Assembly (NCBI GenBank): GCA_963634195.1
Contig: CAVHBF010000005.1
Coordinates: 1 to 43,295, forward strand
Reading direction: 5' to 3'
Length of the DNA: 43,295 nucleotides
DNA from: Bacteroides thetaiotaomicron
Lineage (GTDB): Bacteria; Bacteroidota; Bacteroidia; Bacteroidales; Bacteroidaceae
The notes below the pieces were generated by a model. It did not search any database. It saw nothing but the letters and a program-made list of their open reading frames with translations, and was not told the origin of the DNA. Below, piece after piece: positions 1 to 8,921 of the stretch (position 1 is its first letter; the number at the start of each line of letters is the position of its first letter). The position numbers and the translations under genes are program-made.

Positions 1-106
1 CCACAGAACTTCACTTTCTCCAAAAGGAAACGGGAAGCAACGGCACAAAAAAAGCAATCTTTCCCGATTTGTGACATTATCGGCTTTGTGTCCGTGCAAA
101 TTTTAC

Positions 107-114
107 TAATTTTG
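107..114 (+). promoter_or_regulatory. Bacteroidota-type -7 promoter box TAATTTTG (consensus TAnnTTTG), with a TTTG -33-like element at 85-88
   Basis: Read directly: tactaattttgcat lies about 25 nt upstream of the ATG at 139, and TTTG lies 18 nt further upstream. The consensus is known from Bacteroides primary-sigma promoters. Confidence 0.4.
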
Positions 115-138
115 CATAACAATCTGACACTCCAATCT

Positions 139-1176
139 ATGGCAAACATACTCGTGACACGATTTTCCGCCCTGGGTGACGTGGCAATGACCGTCAGCGT
201 GCTGAAATCGTTTGCCGACAGTTACCCCGACGACCACATAACACTGCTGAGCCGCCCTTTCATCGCCCCACTGCTTGACGGACTGCCCGCCAACGTGCAC
301 TTCCGTCCCGTGGAGCTCTGCGACTACAAAGGCATCGCCGGGCTGAGCCGCCTGAGCCGCCAGCTCATCGGCGAGGGCTATGACGCACTGGCCGACATGC
401 ACGATGTGCTGCGCACCAAAGCGATACGCTTCTTCTTCAGGAGAGCGAAACTGCCCGTTGCCGTGATTGACAAAGGGCGCAAAGAGCGCAAGCAGATCAC
501 GCGCGCTAAAAACAAGCGTCTGCACCAACTCATCCCTTCGCCGCAACGCTATGCCGACGTGCTGGAACGGCTGGGATTTCCCGTGACACCCAAGGAGTAC
601 CATATCTACGGCGGCAAAGCAGCCGACATCGCCGACATCGCGAACATTACGGGTGCGAAAGGCACCGGTGCGTGGATTGGCATCGCCCCCTTTGCAGCCC
701 ACAGGGGAAAGGTCTACCCCCTGCCGATGATGGAAGAAGTAATCTGCCGTCTCGCCGGCACGCCGGGTCTCAAGATTTTCCTTTTCGGAAGCGGAGAAAC
801 AGAGCGGCAGTGGTGCGAAAGCGTCAGCAGCCCCAACGTAATCTCCATGGTAGGCAAGACCGACCTCCGCAAGGAGCTGCGCCTCATGACAAACCTTAAC
901 GCGATGGTGACCATGGACTCCGCCAACATGCATCTCAGCGCACTGGCAGGCACACCCACCGTGTCAATCTGGGGAGCCACCCACCCCATGGCCGGCTTTG
1001 CGGGAATGCAAGTCCACGGAAGCCGCACCGTGCAGCTTGACATGGACTGTCGCCCCTGCTCCATCTTCGGCAGCAAGAAATGCGCCAAGGGCGATTACCC
1101 GTGCATGAGCGGCATCACGCCGTGCCAAGTGGTTGAAGCAGTAAGGCCGTTCCTGCAAAAAACACAGCACACATGA
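139..1176 (+). CDS. Glycosyltransferase family 9 (heptosyltransferase-like, LPS core)
   Basis: ORF 88-1176 starts at GTG and was trimmed to the first ATG. The N-terminus MANILVTRFSALGDVAMT matches the GT9 opening motif (ILVxRxxxLGD). Size is about 345 aa. The stop overlaps the next start (ATGA at 1173-1176). Confidence 0.85.
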   Translation: MANILVTRFSALGDVAMTVSVLKSFADSYPDDHITLLSRPFIAPLLDGLPANVHFRPVELCDYKGIAGLSRLSRQLIGEGYDALADMHDVLRTKAIRFFFRRAKLPVAVIDKGRKERKQITRAKNKRLHQLIPSPQRYADVLERLGFPVTPKEYHIYGGKAADIADIANITGAKGTGAWIGIAPFAAHRGKVYPLPMMEEVICRLAGTPGLKIFLFGSGETERQWCESVSSPNVISMVGKTDLRKELRLMTNLNAMVTMDSANMHLSALAGTPTVSIWGATHPMAGFAGMQVHGSRTVQLDMDCRPCSIFGSKKCAKGDYPCMSGITPCQVVEAVRPFLQKTQHT

Positions 1177-2111
1177 CATACAGGCTTCTATACTGCACCG
1201 TCTGGCTTCTGTCGCTGCTGCCCATGAGAGTACACTACGCGATATCCGACATCATGTATCCTCTGGTGTACCACATAGTGAGATACCGCCGGAGAATTGT
1301 GAGGCAAAACCTAACGCACAGTTTCCCGGACAAGAGTCCCGGCGAAATAAAGCGCACGGAGCGCAAGTTCTACCGCTTTTTCTGCGACTATTTCGTGGAA
1401 AACATCAAGGCTCTGACGATAGGGAAAGGCAACATGATGAAGCGCATGACGTTCGAGAATCTGGAAGCGGTGAACGAGGCGTTCAAGACCAACCAGTTCG
1501 TCTTCATATACCTCGGGCATTTCTGCAACTGGGAATACATAGCCTCGCTCAGATGGTGGCTGCCGCAGGACATAATCGTAGCCCAACTGTACACCCGGCT
1601 ACACAACCGCATGACAGACCGCCTGTTCTACCACATACGCTCGCGCTACGGCGGCGAGAACATAAACAAGAACGAGTCACTGCGGCGTATTGTCACCATA
1701 CAGAAAAGCGGACGGAAAGCCCTCATAGGATTCATCTCCGACCAAGGGCCCAAGATGCAGAACATTCACCTGTGGATCAACTTCCTGCACCACGACACCC
1801 CCGTATTCACCGGCACCGAGCGCATAGCCAAGAAAGTCAACGCCGCCGTGTTCTATGGAGAAGTGAGCAGGCGGAAACGCGGGTACTATTCCTGCCGCTT
1901 CATACCCATGACCACAGACCCCAACTCTTTCAAGGAACACGACATCACGCGGCTCTACATGAAGATGCTCGAGCAAGACATCATCAAGGACCCGTCGCGA
2001 TGGCTGTGGACACACAACCGCTGGAAACGGCAGCGGCCGCACGACCTGCCAGACAGCAACCGGCAGGACGCTCCCGGCAACACCAAGGCAACAGACAAGG
2101 AAAGACGATGA
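1173..2111 (+). CDS. Lipid A late acyltransferase, LpxL/HtrB (lysophospholipid acyltransferase) family
   Basis: N-terminal membrane anchor, an HX4(D/E) motif (GHFCNWE), and about 310 aa. Sits next to the GT9 gene. ATGA overlaps occur at both ends. Confidence 0.8.
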   Translation: MTYRLLYCTVWLLSLLPMRVHYAISDIMYPLVYHIVRYRRRIVRQNLTHSFPDKSPGEIKRTERKFYRFFCDYFVENIKALTIGKGNMMKRMTFENLEAVNEAFKTNQFVFIYLGHFCNWEYIASLRWWLPQDIIVAQLYTRLHNRMTDRLFYHIRSRYGGENINKNESLRRIVTIQKSGRKALIGFISDQGPKMQNIHLWINFLHHDTPVFTGTERIAKKVNAAVFYGEVSRRKRGYYSCRFIPMTTDPNSFKEHDITRLYMKMLEQDIIKDPSRWLWTHNRWKRQRPHDLPDSNRQDAPGNTKATDKERR

Positions 2112-5100
2112 AGAAAACACTTGCACTCCTCTGCCTGCTCGCGGCCATGACGGCCGGGCAGGCACAAGAACAGATAAAATGGCTCCGCGCCAGTTCCATA
2201 TCGCCCGACGGCAAGACCATCGCCTTTGAATACCAGGGCAATCTCTACACTGTCAGCTCCGACGGAGGGGAAGCACGGCAGATAACCTCGCACCCCGCCT
2301 ACGACGGTTACCCCAGATTCTCGCCCGACGGCAAATGGATAGCGTTCACCTCCGAACGCAACGGAAGCATGGACGTGTTTGTCGTGTCGCCCAACGGCGG
2401 CAAACCCAAGCGGCTGACCACAAATTCCGCAGCCGAGACCCTGCAGGGATGGCTGGACAACACCCACGTCCTTTACACATCAGACCTGCAGCCCTCCATC
2501 AGCGACATCAGCTTTCCGGGCAGTTTCCAACAGGTATACTGCGTGGACACCGACGCCCACAGACCAGTCATGTTCTCCACCCTGCCCATGGAAGACATCT
2601 CGGTAAACAGCAAGGGACAACTGCTGTACCACAACAACAAGGGATACGAGGACTACTGGCGCAAACACCACACCTCACCCGTCTGCCGCGACATCTACCT
2701 CACACAAGCCAAAGGCAAGCGCACATATACGAAGCTCAACTCCGACACCTGCGAGCACCGCACTCCCATATGGGCTTCCGACGGCAACAGCTACTACTAC
2801 ACTTCGGAAAAAGACGGCACGCTCAACGTATACAAGACAGACCTCACGACAAGGGCCACGACACAGCTCACCCACTACAAAAACTACCCGGTGAGATATC
2901 TCACGATGTCTGCCGACGGAATCCTGTGCTACTCGTGGGACGGAGAACTCTACACCCTGCGGGAAGGCGCGAAACCGCGCAAAGTGGCAGTTTGCCTCAC
3001 CACGGATGACAACGAGCGTGTCGGCCACCCCACAACACTCACCGGGGGTGCCTCGCAGCTGACCACCAACAAGAGCGGAAAGGAGTTCGCGTTCATAGTT
3101 GAAGGCGAAGTCTATGTCACCGGTACGGACTACACCACCACCAGACGCATCACCAACACGATAGAGGAAGAAGCGAGTCCCTCGCTCAGCCCCGACGGCA
3201 GGACTCTCGTCTATGCCTCGGAGCGCGACAACACGTGGGGCATCTACGCCACGACACTCACCGATCCCAAGGACAAGGGGTTCACCTACGCCACCGACCT
3301 CAAGGAAGAACCGCTCATCACCGGCAAGGAGCCATGCACCTCACCCGTGTTCTCCCCGGACGGCAAGAAGATAGCATACCTCGCCAACAAGACGGAACTG
3401 CGCGTCTATGACCTCCAGACCAAGAAAAGCACCGTGGTGATGCCCGCCCGCGACATGTTTGCCTACACAGACATAAGCCACTCCTTTGAATGGAGTCCCG
3501 ACAGCAGGTGGCTCCTCACCGAGTATCTCGGACCGGACAACTGGAACAGTCCCGACATAGCGGTCATAAGCGCCGACGGCAAGGAACTGCACAACATAAC
3601 CGACAGCGGATATTCCGACGGCAACCCGCACTGGTCCCTCAACGGGAAAGCCGTGACTTTCACAAGCGACCGGACCGGCTACCGCAGCCACGGCAGCTGG
3701 GGAGCCGAGCGTGACGGATACATCGTGTTCCTTGACCGCGAAGCCTTCGCCCTCTCCAACATGAACAAAGAAGAGCGCAAGCTCTACGATGACCACAAGA
3801 AAGAACTGGAGAAAGACACCGCCAAGACCGACACGGTACAAATCCTCAACCTTGATTTCGAAGACTGCGACAAACGCGTCAAGCGACTCACCGTCAATTC
3901 GTCTTCGCTCAGAGACGGACATCTCACGCCAGACGGCAGGAAATATTTCTACCAGGCCAGTTTTGAGGGCGGTGTGGACCTGTGGCTGCACGACCTTGAG
4001 GAAAACTCCACCCGCATTTTCAAGAAAGGAATCGGCGGACAGATACTGCCCGACAGCACCGGCAACAACCTGTTCGTGTGCAACGGAGACATCAGCAAGC
4101 TTGACCTGAGCAACGGACAGAGCAAGGACATTGACTTCCGGGCGGAATATTCGGACAACGAGACAGCGAAGATGGCATACATCTACCGGCACATCACCAC
4201 ACAGTTCACGCAACGTTTCGCAGACCCCGGATTCCACGGAGCGGACTTCAAGACCCTTGCCAAGCACTACGGGACTTTTCTGCCCTACATCAACAACTAC
4301 CGCGACTTCAGCGAACTGGGCAGCGAACTGGCGGGCGAACTGAACTGCTCGCACACGGGAGTGAAATACCGCGCCTCCGTGTCGGCCCCAGCCACTGCCG
4401 TACTCGGAGCGTTCTACGACCCCGACTACAACGGCGACGGACTGAAGATAGCCGAAGTAATCAAGGATTCGCCGCTTGACGTGATTGACCGCCGGGTTAA
4501 AGCCGGACACGTCATAAGGCAGATTGACCACCAGCCCGTTCTGGCAGGAAAAGACTATTTCCCCCTCCTCTCCGGCAAAGTAGGCAAGAGGGTGCTGCTC
4601 ACCATGAGCGACAGCTGCGGCAAGGACTACGAAATCACAGTCAAGCCCATTTCAAACGGAGAACAGACCAGACTGCTGTACTCCAGATGGGCAGACCAAC
4701 GAGCCAAGACCGTGGAAAAAGAAACCGGCGGCCGGGTGGGCTACATACACATCAAGAGCATGAACAGCGAAAGTTTCCGCAAGACATATGCGGAACTGCT
4801 CGGCAAATACCGCAACTGCAAAGCCGTAATCATTGACGAACGCCACAACGGCGGCGGGTGGCTGCACAACGACCTCGCCATTCTGCTGAGCGGGCGCAAA
4901 TACATGTCGTTTGAGTCAAGGGGGCAAAAACTCGGCATTGAACCGTTCACCCAATGGACGAAGCCCTCATGCCTTCTGATAAACGAGAACTGCTACTCCA
5001 ACGCCAACGGCTTTCCTTTCACCTACAAGACCCTCGGCATAGGCAAACTGATTGGCGCGCCCATGGCAGGCACCATGACCGCAGTGTGGTGGGAGACCCT

Positions 5101-5272
5101 GGCCGACGGCAAGCTTGTGCTGGGCAACCCCGAGATATACTGCCGCGACAACAACGGCACGCCGCTCGAGAACCACACCCTCTACCCTGACATAGAAACG
5201 CACAACTCCCCCGAAGACATTGCCAACGGCCATGACAGGCAGCTGATGCGCGCAATAGAAGAAATGAAATAA
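2108..5272 (+). CDS. Tricorn-like protease: TolB/WD40-like beta-propellers plus PDZ plus S41 peptidase
   Basis: The internal ATG at 2108 gives the signal peptide MKKTLALLCLLAAMTAGQA. SPDGK..IAF propeller blades repeat. The C-terminal region (IDERHNGGGW, NENCYSNANGF) is typical of S41/tricorn core peptidases. The 185-aa upstream extension of ORF 1553-5272 overlaps the LpxL-like gene and is Pro/Arg/His-rich junk. Confidence 0.85.
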   Translation: MKKTLALLCLLAAMTAGQAQEQIKWLRASSISPDGKTIAFEYQGNLYTVSSDGGEARQITSHPAYDGYPRFSPDGKWIAFTSERNGSMDVFVVSPNGGKPKRLTTNSAAETLQGWLDNTHVLYTSDLQPSISDISFPGSFQQVYCVDTDAHRPVMFSTLPMEDISVNSKGQLLYHNNKGYEDYWRKHHTSPVCRDIYLTQAKGKRTYTKLNSDTCEHRTPIWASDGNSYYYTSEKDGTLNVYKTDLTTRATTQLTHYKNYPVRYLTMSADGILCYSWDGELYTLREGAKPRKVAVCLTTDDNERVGHPTTLTGGASQLTTNKSGKEFAFIVEGEVYVTGTDYTTTRRITNTIEEEASPSLSPDGRTLVYASERDNTWGIYATTLTDPKDKGFTYATDLKEEPLITGKEPCTSPVFSPDGKKIAYLANKTELRVYDLQTKKSTVVMPARDMFAYTDISHSFEWSPDSRWLLTEYLGPDNWNSPDIAVISADGKELHNITDSGYSDGNPHWSLNGKAVTFTSDRTGYRSHGSWGAERDGYIVFLDREAFALSNMNKEERKLYDDHKKELEKDTAKTDTVQILNLDFEDCDKRVKRLTVNSSSLRDGHLTPDGRKYFYQASFEGGVDLWLHDLEENSTRIFKKGIGGQILPDSTGNNLFVCNGDISKLDLSNGQSKDIDFRAEYSDNETAKMAYIYRHITTQFTQRFADPGFHGADFKTLAKHYGTFLPYINNYRDFSELGSELAGELNCSHTGVKYRASVSAPATAVLGAFYDPDYNGDGLKIAEVIKDSPLDVIDRRVKAGHVIRQIDHQPVLAGKDYFPLLSGKVGKRVLLTMSDSCGKDYEITVKPISNGEQTRLLYSRWADQRAKTVEKETGGRVGYIHIKSMNSESFRKTYAELLGKYRNCKAVIIDERHNGGGWLHNDLAILLSGRKYMSFESRGQKLGIEPFTQWTKPSCLLINENCYSNANGFPFTYKTLGIGKLIGAPMAGTMTAVWWETLADGKLVLGNPEIYCRDNNGTPLENHTLYPDIETHNSPEDIANGHDRQLMRAIEEMK

Positions 5273-5283
5273 CCCGAAGACAC

Positions 5284-6147
5284 ATGAAACGACATCTGAC
5301 CATGCTTGCAAACCTGCTGCTTGCATTTGCAGCCCTGACAGCAACGGCGCAACGGCAAAAGCCCGTCAAAGTGCGTGTCATGACATTCAACATACGCCTG
5401 GAAAACAAGAGTGACGGCGCAAACAGCTGGGAGCTGCGCTACCTGCAGGCAGGCGAGTTCCTCCGCAAGAGCAAGGCAGACATCATAGGCCTGCAGGAAG
5501 TGATGCAGAGACAGCTTGACGACATCTGCAACGCCCTGCCGGCATACGGCCATGCGGGAGTGGCGCGCGATGACGGCAAACAGAGCGGAGAATACTGTCC
5601 CGTCTTCTACAACAAGGAGAAATTCGACCTTGTGCGCAGCGGCACGTTCTGGCTCTCGGAAACGCCCGACTCGCCTTCCAGGGGCTGGGGAGCGGCGTGC
5701 AACCGCATAGCCACATGGGTCATATTGCGTGACAAGGAAAGCTTCAAAAGCCTTGTGGTGGCCAACACCCATCTGGACCACGTGAGCGACAAGGCGCACC
5801 AGAACGGCGCTGTACTGATCAAGGAACAACTCAGCCGGATGACCAACGGACTGCCGGTAGTGCTGACAGGCGACTTCAATGCCGACGAGCACGACCCTGT
5901 CTACGCCAAGGTCACGACACGCATCTTCCCGATGAAAGACGCGTGGAAATCCGCAGCGTCGCCAAAAGGCCCGGACTACACATTCCACGACTTCGGCAGT
6001 GCCACCCCACCGAAAGCCCGGAAGATAGACTTCATCTTCGTATCGCCCAAAATACAGGTCAAGAAGAGTTCTGTGATAGACTCTGCGCTTGGAGACGGCC
6101 GATTCCTGTCTGACCACAATCCCCACACGGCCGACATAGTGTTCTGA
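5284..6147 (+). CDS. Secreted endonuclease/exonuclease/phosphatase (EEP) family protein
   Basis: Signal peptide present. Motifs VMTFNIR near the N-terminus, GLQEV, TGDFN and a C-terminal SDHNP are characteristic of the EEP fold. Confidence 0.8.
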   Translation: MKRHLTMLANLLLAFAALTATAQRQKPVKVRVMTFNIRLENKSDGANSWELRYLQAGEFLRKSKADIIGLQEVMQRQLDDICNALPAYGHAGVARDDGKQSGEYCPVFYNKEKFDLVRSGTFWLSETPDSPSRGWGAACNRIATWVILRDKESFKSLVVANTHLDHVSDKAHQNGAVLIKEQLSRMTNGLPVVLTGDFNADEHDPVYAKVTTRIFPMKDAWKSAASPKGPDYTFHDFGSATPPKARKIDFIFVSPKIQVKKSSVIDSALGDGRFLSDHNPHTADIVF

Positions 6148-6220
6148 CCCCAAACCGTCCGCAGCCCGACCAACTTGAAAAAACGGGTGTGACACGCTGC
6201 CGTTTGTTGCGGAAATCCAC

Positions 6221-6228
6221 TACCTTTG
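6221..6228 (+). promoter_or_regulatory. -7 promoter box TACCTTTG, with TTTG at 6203-6206
   Basis: Matches TAnnTTTG, 41 nt upstream of the ATG at 6269. Confidence 0.4.
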
Positions 6229-6268
6229 CAACGCAAAAACAACAACCAACAAAAACATTCATACAGAC

Positions 6269-7225
6269 ATGAAAAAGATTCTTATCATCGGTGCCACGGG
6301 TCAAATCGGATCGGAGCTGACCATGACACTCAGAAACGTCTACGGCGGACAAAACGTAGTGGCAGGCTACATCACGGGGGCAGAGCCAAAGGGAGAGTTG
6401 CTTGAAAGCGGTCCCGCCGAAATATGCGATGTCACCGACGGCGCCGCCATTGCCGGCATCGTCAAGAAATACGGCATTGACACCATCTACAACCTTGCCG
6501 CACTCCTCTCTGTCGTAGCGGAAGGCAAGCCCAAACTCGCGTGGAAAATCGGCATCGACGGTCTCTGGAACGTGCTGGAAGTGGCACGCGAAAACGGCTG
6601 CGCCGTGTTCACGCCAAGCTCCATCGGCTCCTTCGGCCCGAACACACCCCATGTCATGACCCCGCAGGACACCATACAGCGTCCGCGCACCATGTACGGA
6701 GTCACAAAGGTAACCACGGAACTCCTTTCCGACTATTTCTTCCTCAAATACGGTGTCGACACGCGCGCCGTGCGTTTCCCCGGCGTAATATCCAACGTGA
6801 CACCTCCCGGAGGCGGAACGACCGACTATGCCGTTGACCTCTACTACTATGCGGTACGCGGAGAGAAGTTCACCTGCCCCATCAAGCAGGGAACGCTCAT
6901 GGACATGATCTATATGCCCGATGCTCTCAAGGCCGCCATCGACATCATGGAGGCAGACCCCTCCCGGCTTGTTCACCGCAACGCATTCAACATCGCGTCG
7001 ATGAGTTTCGCTCCCGAAACAATCTACGCCTCCATCAGGAAATACAAGCCCGACTTTGAAATGGTCTACGACGTAGACCCTCTCAAGCAGTCAATAGCCG
7101 ACTCGTGGCCCGACTGCATGGACGACTCGTGCGCCCGACAGGAATGGGACTGGAAGCCCGTCTACGATCTTGACGGCATGACCCGCGACATGCTTGAGAA
7201 ACTGCCGGCACGAATCCTGAAGTAA
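6269..7225 (+). CDS. tdh: L-threonine 3-dehydrogenase, SDR / UDP-glucose-4-epimerase-like type
   Basis: Rossmann opening ILIIGATGQIGSEL, catalytic YGVTK, and PPGGGTTDYAV, which is characteristic of short-chain-type threonine dehydrogenases. About 318 aa. Confidence 0.8.
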   Translation: MKKILIIGATGQIGSELTMTLRNVYGGQNVVAGYITGAEPKGELLESGPAEICDVTDGAAIAGIVKKYGIDTIYNLAALLSVVAEGKPKLAWKIGIDGLWNVLEVARENGCAVFTPSSIGSFGPNTPHVMTPQDTIQRPRTMYGVTKVTTELLSDYFFLKYGVDTRAVRFPGVISNVTPPGGGTTDYAVDLYYYAVRGEKFTCPIKQGTLMDMIYMPDALKAAIDIMEADPSRLVHRNAFNIASMSFAPETIYASIRKYKPDFEMVYDVDPLKQSIADSWPDCMDDSCARQEWDWKPVYDLDGMTRDMLEKLPARILK

Positions 7226-7239
7226 TTTCCCGGTACGAC

Positions 7240-7296
7240 ACAAAAAGTCGGACGGGGTGTGGGCCGTATCAGCTTGCACCCCGTCCGACTTTTTGT
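7240..7296. terminator. Intrinsic, potentially bidirectional terminator: perfect 20-bp stem with A/T tracts
   Basis: ACAAAAAGTCGGACGGGGTG (7240-7259) is the exact reverse complement of CACCCCGTCCGACTTTTTGT (7277-7296). It lies 15 nt after the tdh stop. Confidence 0.8.
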
Positions 7297-7411
7297 CTCT
7301 GCCATGCAAAACCAGAGAGAGCAGCACACAACGGGATGTGTGTTTTGGAAAAATATTCCGGCAAAACACAACAACGCCCCGTCGGCAGACCCGCGTGTCA
7401 GCTTTATTTGC

Positions 7412-7419
7412 TAAATTTG
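7412..7419 (+). promoter_or_regulatory. -7 promoter box TAAATTTG
   Basis: Matches TAnnTTTG, 32 nt upstream of the ATG at 7451. This implies a short leader. Confidence 0.4.
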
Positions 7420-7450
7420 CAACAACCGAAACGAAAAAAGCAACACGACA

Positions 7451-8737
7451 ATGGACAAGAGAAAAACCGGCACCGTCTGTGTGCAAGGAGGATGGAAACC
7501 CAAGAAAGGGGAACCCAGGATGGTGCCCATATACCAAAGCACCACATTCAAATACGACAACAGCGAGCAGATGGCCCGCCTCTTCGACCTCAAGGACACG
7601 GGGTATTTCTACACCCGCCTGCAGAACCCCACCAACGACTACGTGGCGGAAAAGATAGCGGAAATGGAAGGCGGGGTTGCCGCCATGCTGACGGCAAGCG
7701 GACAGGCTGCGAATTTCTTCGCGGTGTTCAACATCTGTGAAGCCGGCGACCACCTGATTTCCACCAACGCCATCTACGGCGGCACATACAACCTGTTTGG
7801 GGTGACGATGAAGAAAATGGGCATAGAGTGTACCTTTGTCGACGAAGACGCAACCGACGCCGAGCTGGAAGCCCTCTTCAGGCCCAACACCAAATGTGTG
7901 TTCGGCGAGACGATTTCAAACCCGGGCGGCAACATCTTCGACATTGAGAGGTTTGCCGGCATAGCCCACCGCCACGGTGTGCCCCTGATTGTGGACAACA
8001 CTTTCGCCACTCCCGTCAACTGCCGCCCGTTTGAGTGGGGAGCGGACATCGTGACCCACAGCACCACGAAATACATGGACGGCCACGCCACGGCGGTAGG
8101 CGGCTGCATTGTCGACAGCGGGAATTTCGACTGGATGGCGCACGCCGACAAATTCCCCGGCCTGTGCACTCCCGACGAGAGCTACCACGGACTGACCTAC
8201 GCCACCAGCTTCGGCAAGAAAGCCTATATCACCAAAGCCACGGCACAGCTCATGAGAGACCTTGGCTCCATACAGAGCCCGATGAACTCGTTTCTGCTCA
8301 ACATGGGCCTGGAGTCGCTCCATGTGCGTATGCAGCGCCACTGCGAGAACGCGCAGAAAGTCGCCGAGTTCCTTGACAGCGACCCGCGCGTGAAATGGAT
8401 CAGCTATGCAGGGCTCCCAGGCGACAAATACCATGCCCTGGCGCAGAAATACCTGCCCGGCGGGGTGTGCGGAGTGATGGCATTCGGTCTGAAAGGCAGC
8501 CGCAACGAAGCCACCGCCTTCATGGATTCACTGCGGATGATAAGCATAGTGACCCACGTGGCAGACGCCAAGACCTGCGTGCTGCATCCCGCAAGCCACA
8601 CCCACCGCCAACTCTCCGAACAGCAGCTCCGCGAAGCGGGCATAGCCCCAGACCTCATACGTCTGAGCGTGGGCCTGGAAGACGTTGACGACATCATCGA
8701 CGACATCAAACAAGCTCTTGACAAGGCCCTGCAATAA
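7451..8737 (+). CDS. metY: O-acetylhomoserine sulfhydrylase / aminocarboxypropyltransferase (PLP-dependent, Cys/Met metabolism family)
   Basis: N-terminus TVCVQGG...PIYQSTTFKYD, YTRLQNPT, and the PLP-lysine context HSTTKYMDGH. 428 aa. Confidence 0.9.
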   Translation: MDKRKTGTVCVQGGWKPKKGEPRMVPIYQSTTFKYDNSEQMARLFDLKDTGYFYTRLQNPTNDYVAEKIAEMEGGVAAMLTASGQAANFFAVFNICEAGDHLISTNAIYGGTYNLFGVTMKKMGIECTFVDEDATDAELEALFRPNTKCVFGETISNPGGNIFDIERFAGIAHRHGVPLIVDNTFATPVNCRPFEWGADIVTHSTTKYMDGHATAVGGCIVDSGNFDWMAHADKFPGLCTPDESYHGLTYATSFGKKAYITKATAQLMRDLGSIQSPMNSFLLNMGLESLHVRMQRHCENAQKVAEFLDSDPRVKWISYAGLPGDKYHALAQKYLPGGVCGVMAFGLKGSRNEATAFMDSLRMISIVTHVADAKTCVLHPASHTHRQLSEQQLREAGIAPDLIRLSVGLEDVDDIIDDIKQALDKALQ

Positions 8738-8779
8738 GTGCGGCCTTTCCGGAAAACCCGCCAGCAGACGGACACGATG

Positions 8780-8812
8780 CCACGCCCCCTCAATCCCGTT
8801 GAGGAGGCGTGG
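8780..8812 (+). terminator. Intrinsic terminator after metY
   Basis: Stem CCACGCCcCCTCAA / TTGAGGaGGCGTGG (one mismatch), 5-nt loop, followed by ttgcttatttt. Confidence 0.7.
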
Positions 8813-8877
8813 TTGCTTATTTTAAGCATTTTCACATAAAACAACATTCAAAAACGAGTTATTTGGAATAATGTAAG

Positions 8878-8885
8878 TATTTTTG
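8878..8885 (+). promoter_or_regulatory. -7 promoter box TATTTTTG
   Basis: Matches TAnnTTTG, 37 nt upstream of the ATG at 8922. TTTG is present at 8862-8865. Confidence 0.35.
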
Positions 8886-8921
8886 CACCTTACTTGCTAT
8901 ATACAGTTTATACAGTATGCC

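Noticed and set aside
88-138. GTG-initiated upstream extension of the GT9 ORF.
   Set aside because: The predicted -7 box (107-114) lies inside it, and the conserved GT9 opening motif begins right at the ATG at 139.
1553-2107. 185-codon N-terminal extension of the tricorn-like protease ORF.
   Set aside because: It overlaps the LpxL-like gene in another frame, is Pro/Arg/His-rich, and precedes a perfect signal peptide at the ATG at 2108, which forms an ATGA overlap with the upstream stop.
3341-4531. Very long antisense ORFs opposite real genes: 3341-4531, 5182-6195, 6059-6976, 11712-13115, 21627-23384, 25484-26692, 38966-40321 and 41878-43110.
   Set aside because: Each lies entirely inside a gene with strong family motifs on the other strand. 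Their translations are Arg/Val/His/Gly-rich low-information sequence with no motifs. Open antisense frames are an expected by-product of GC-rich, codon-biased coding DNA.
7297-7450. Possible SAM riboswitch upstream of metY.
   Set aside because: I see no SAM-I, SAM-II or SAM-VI-like conserved cores in the spacer. The best promoter box leaves a leader of only about 25 nt. The one small hairpin (CACACA/TGTGTG at 7325-7342) looks like a secondary terminator.
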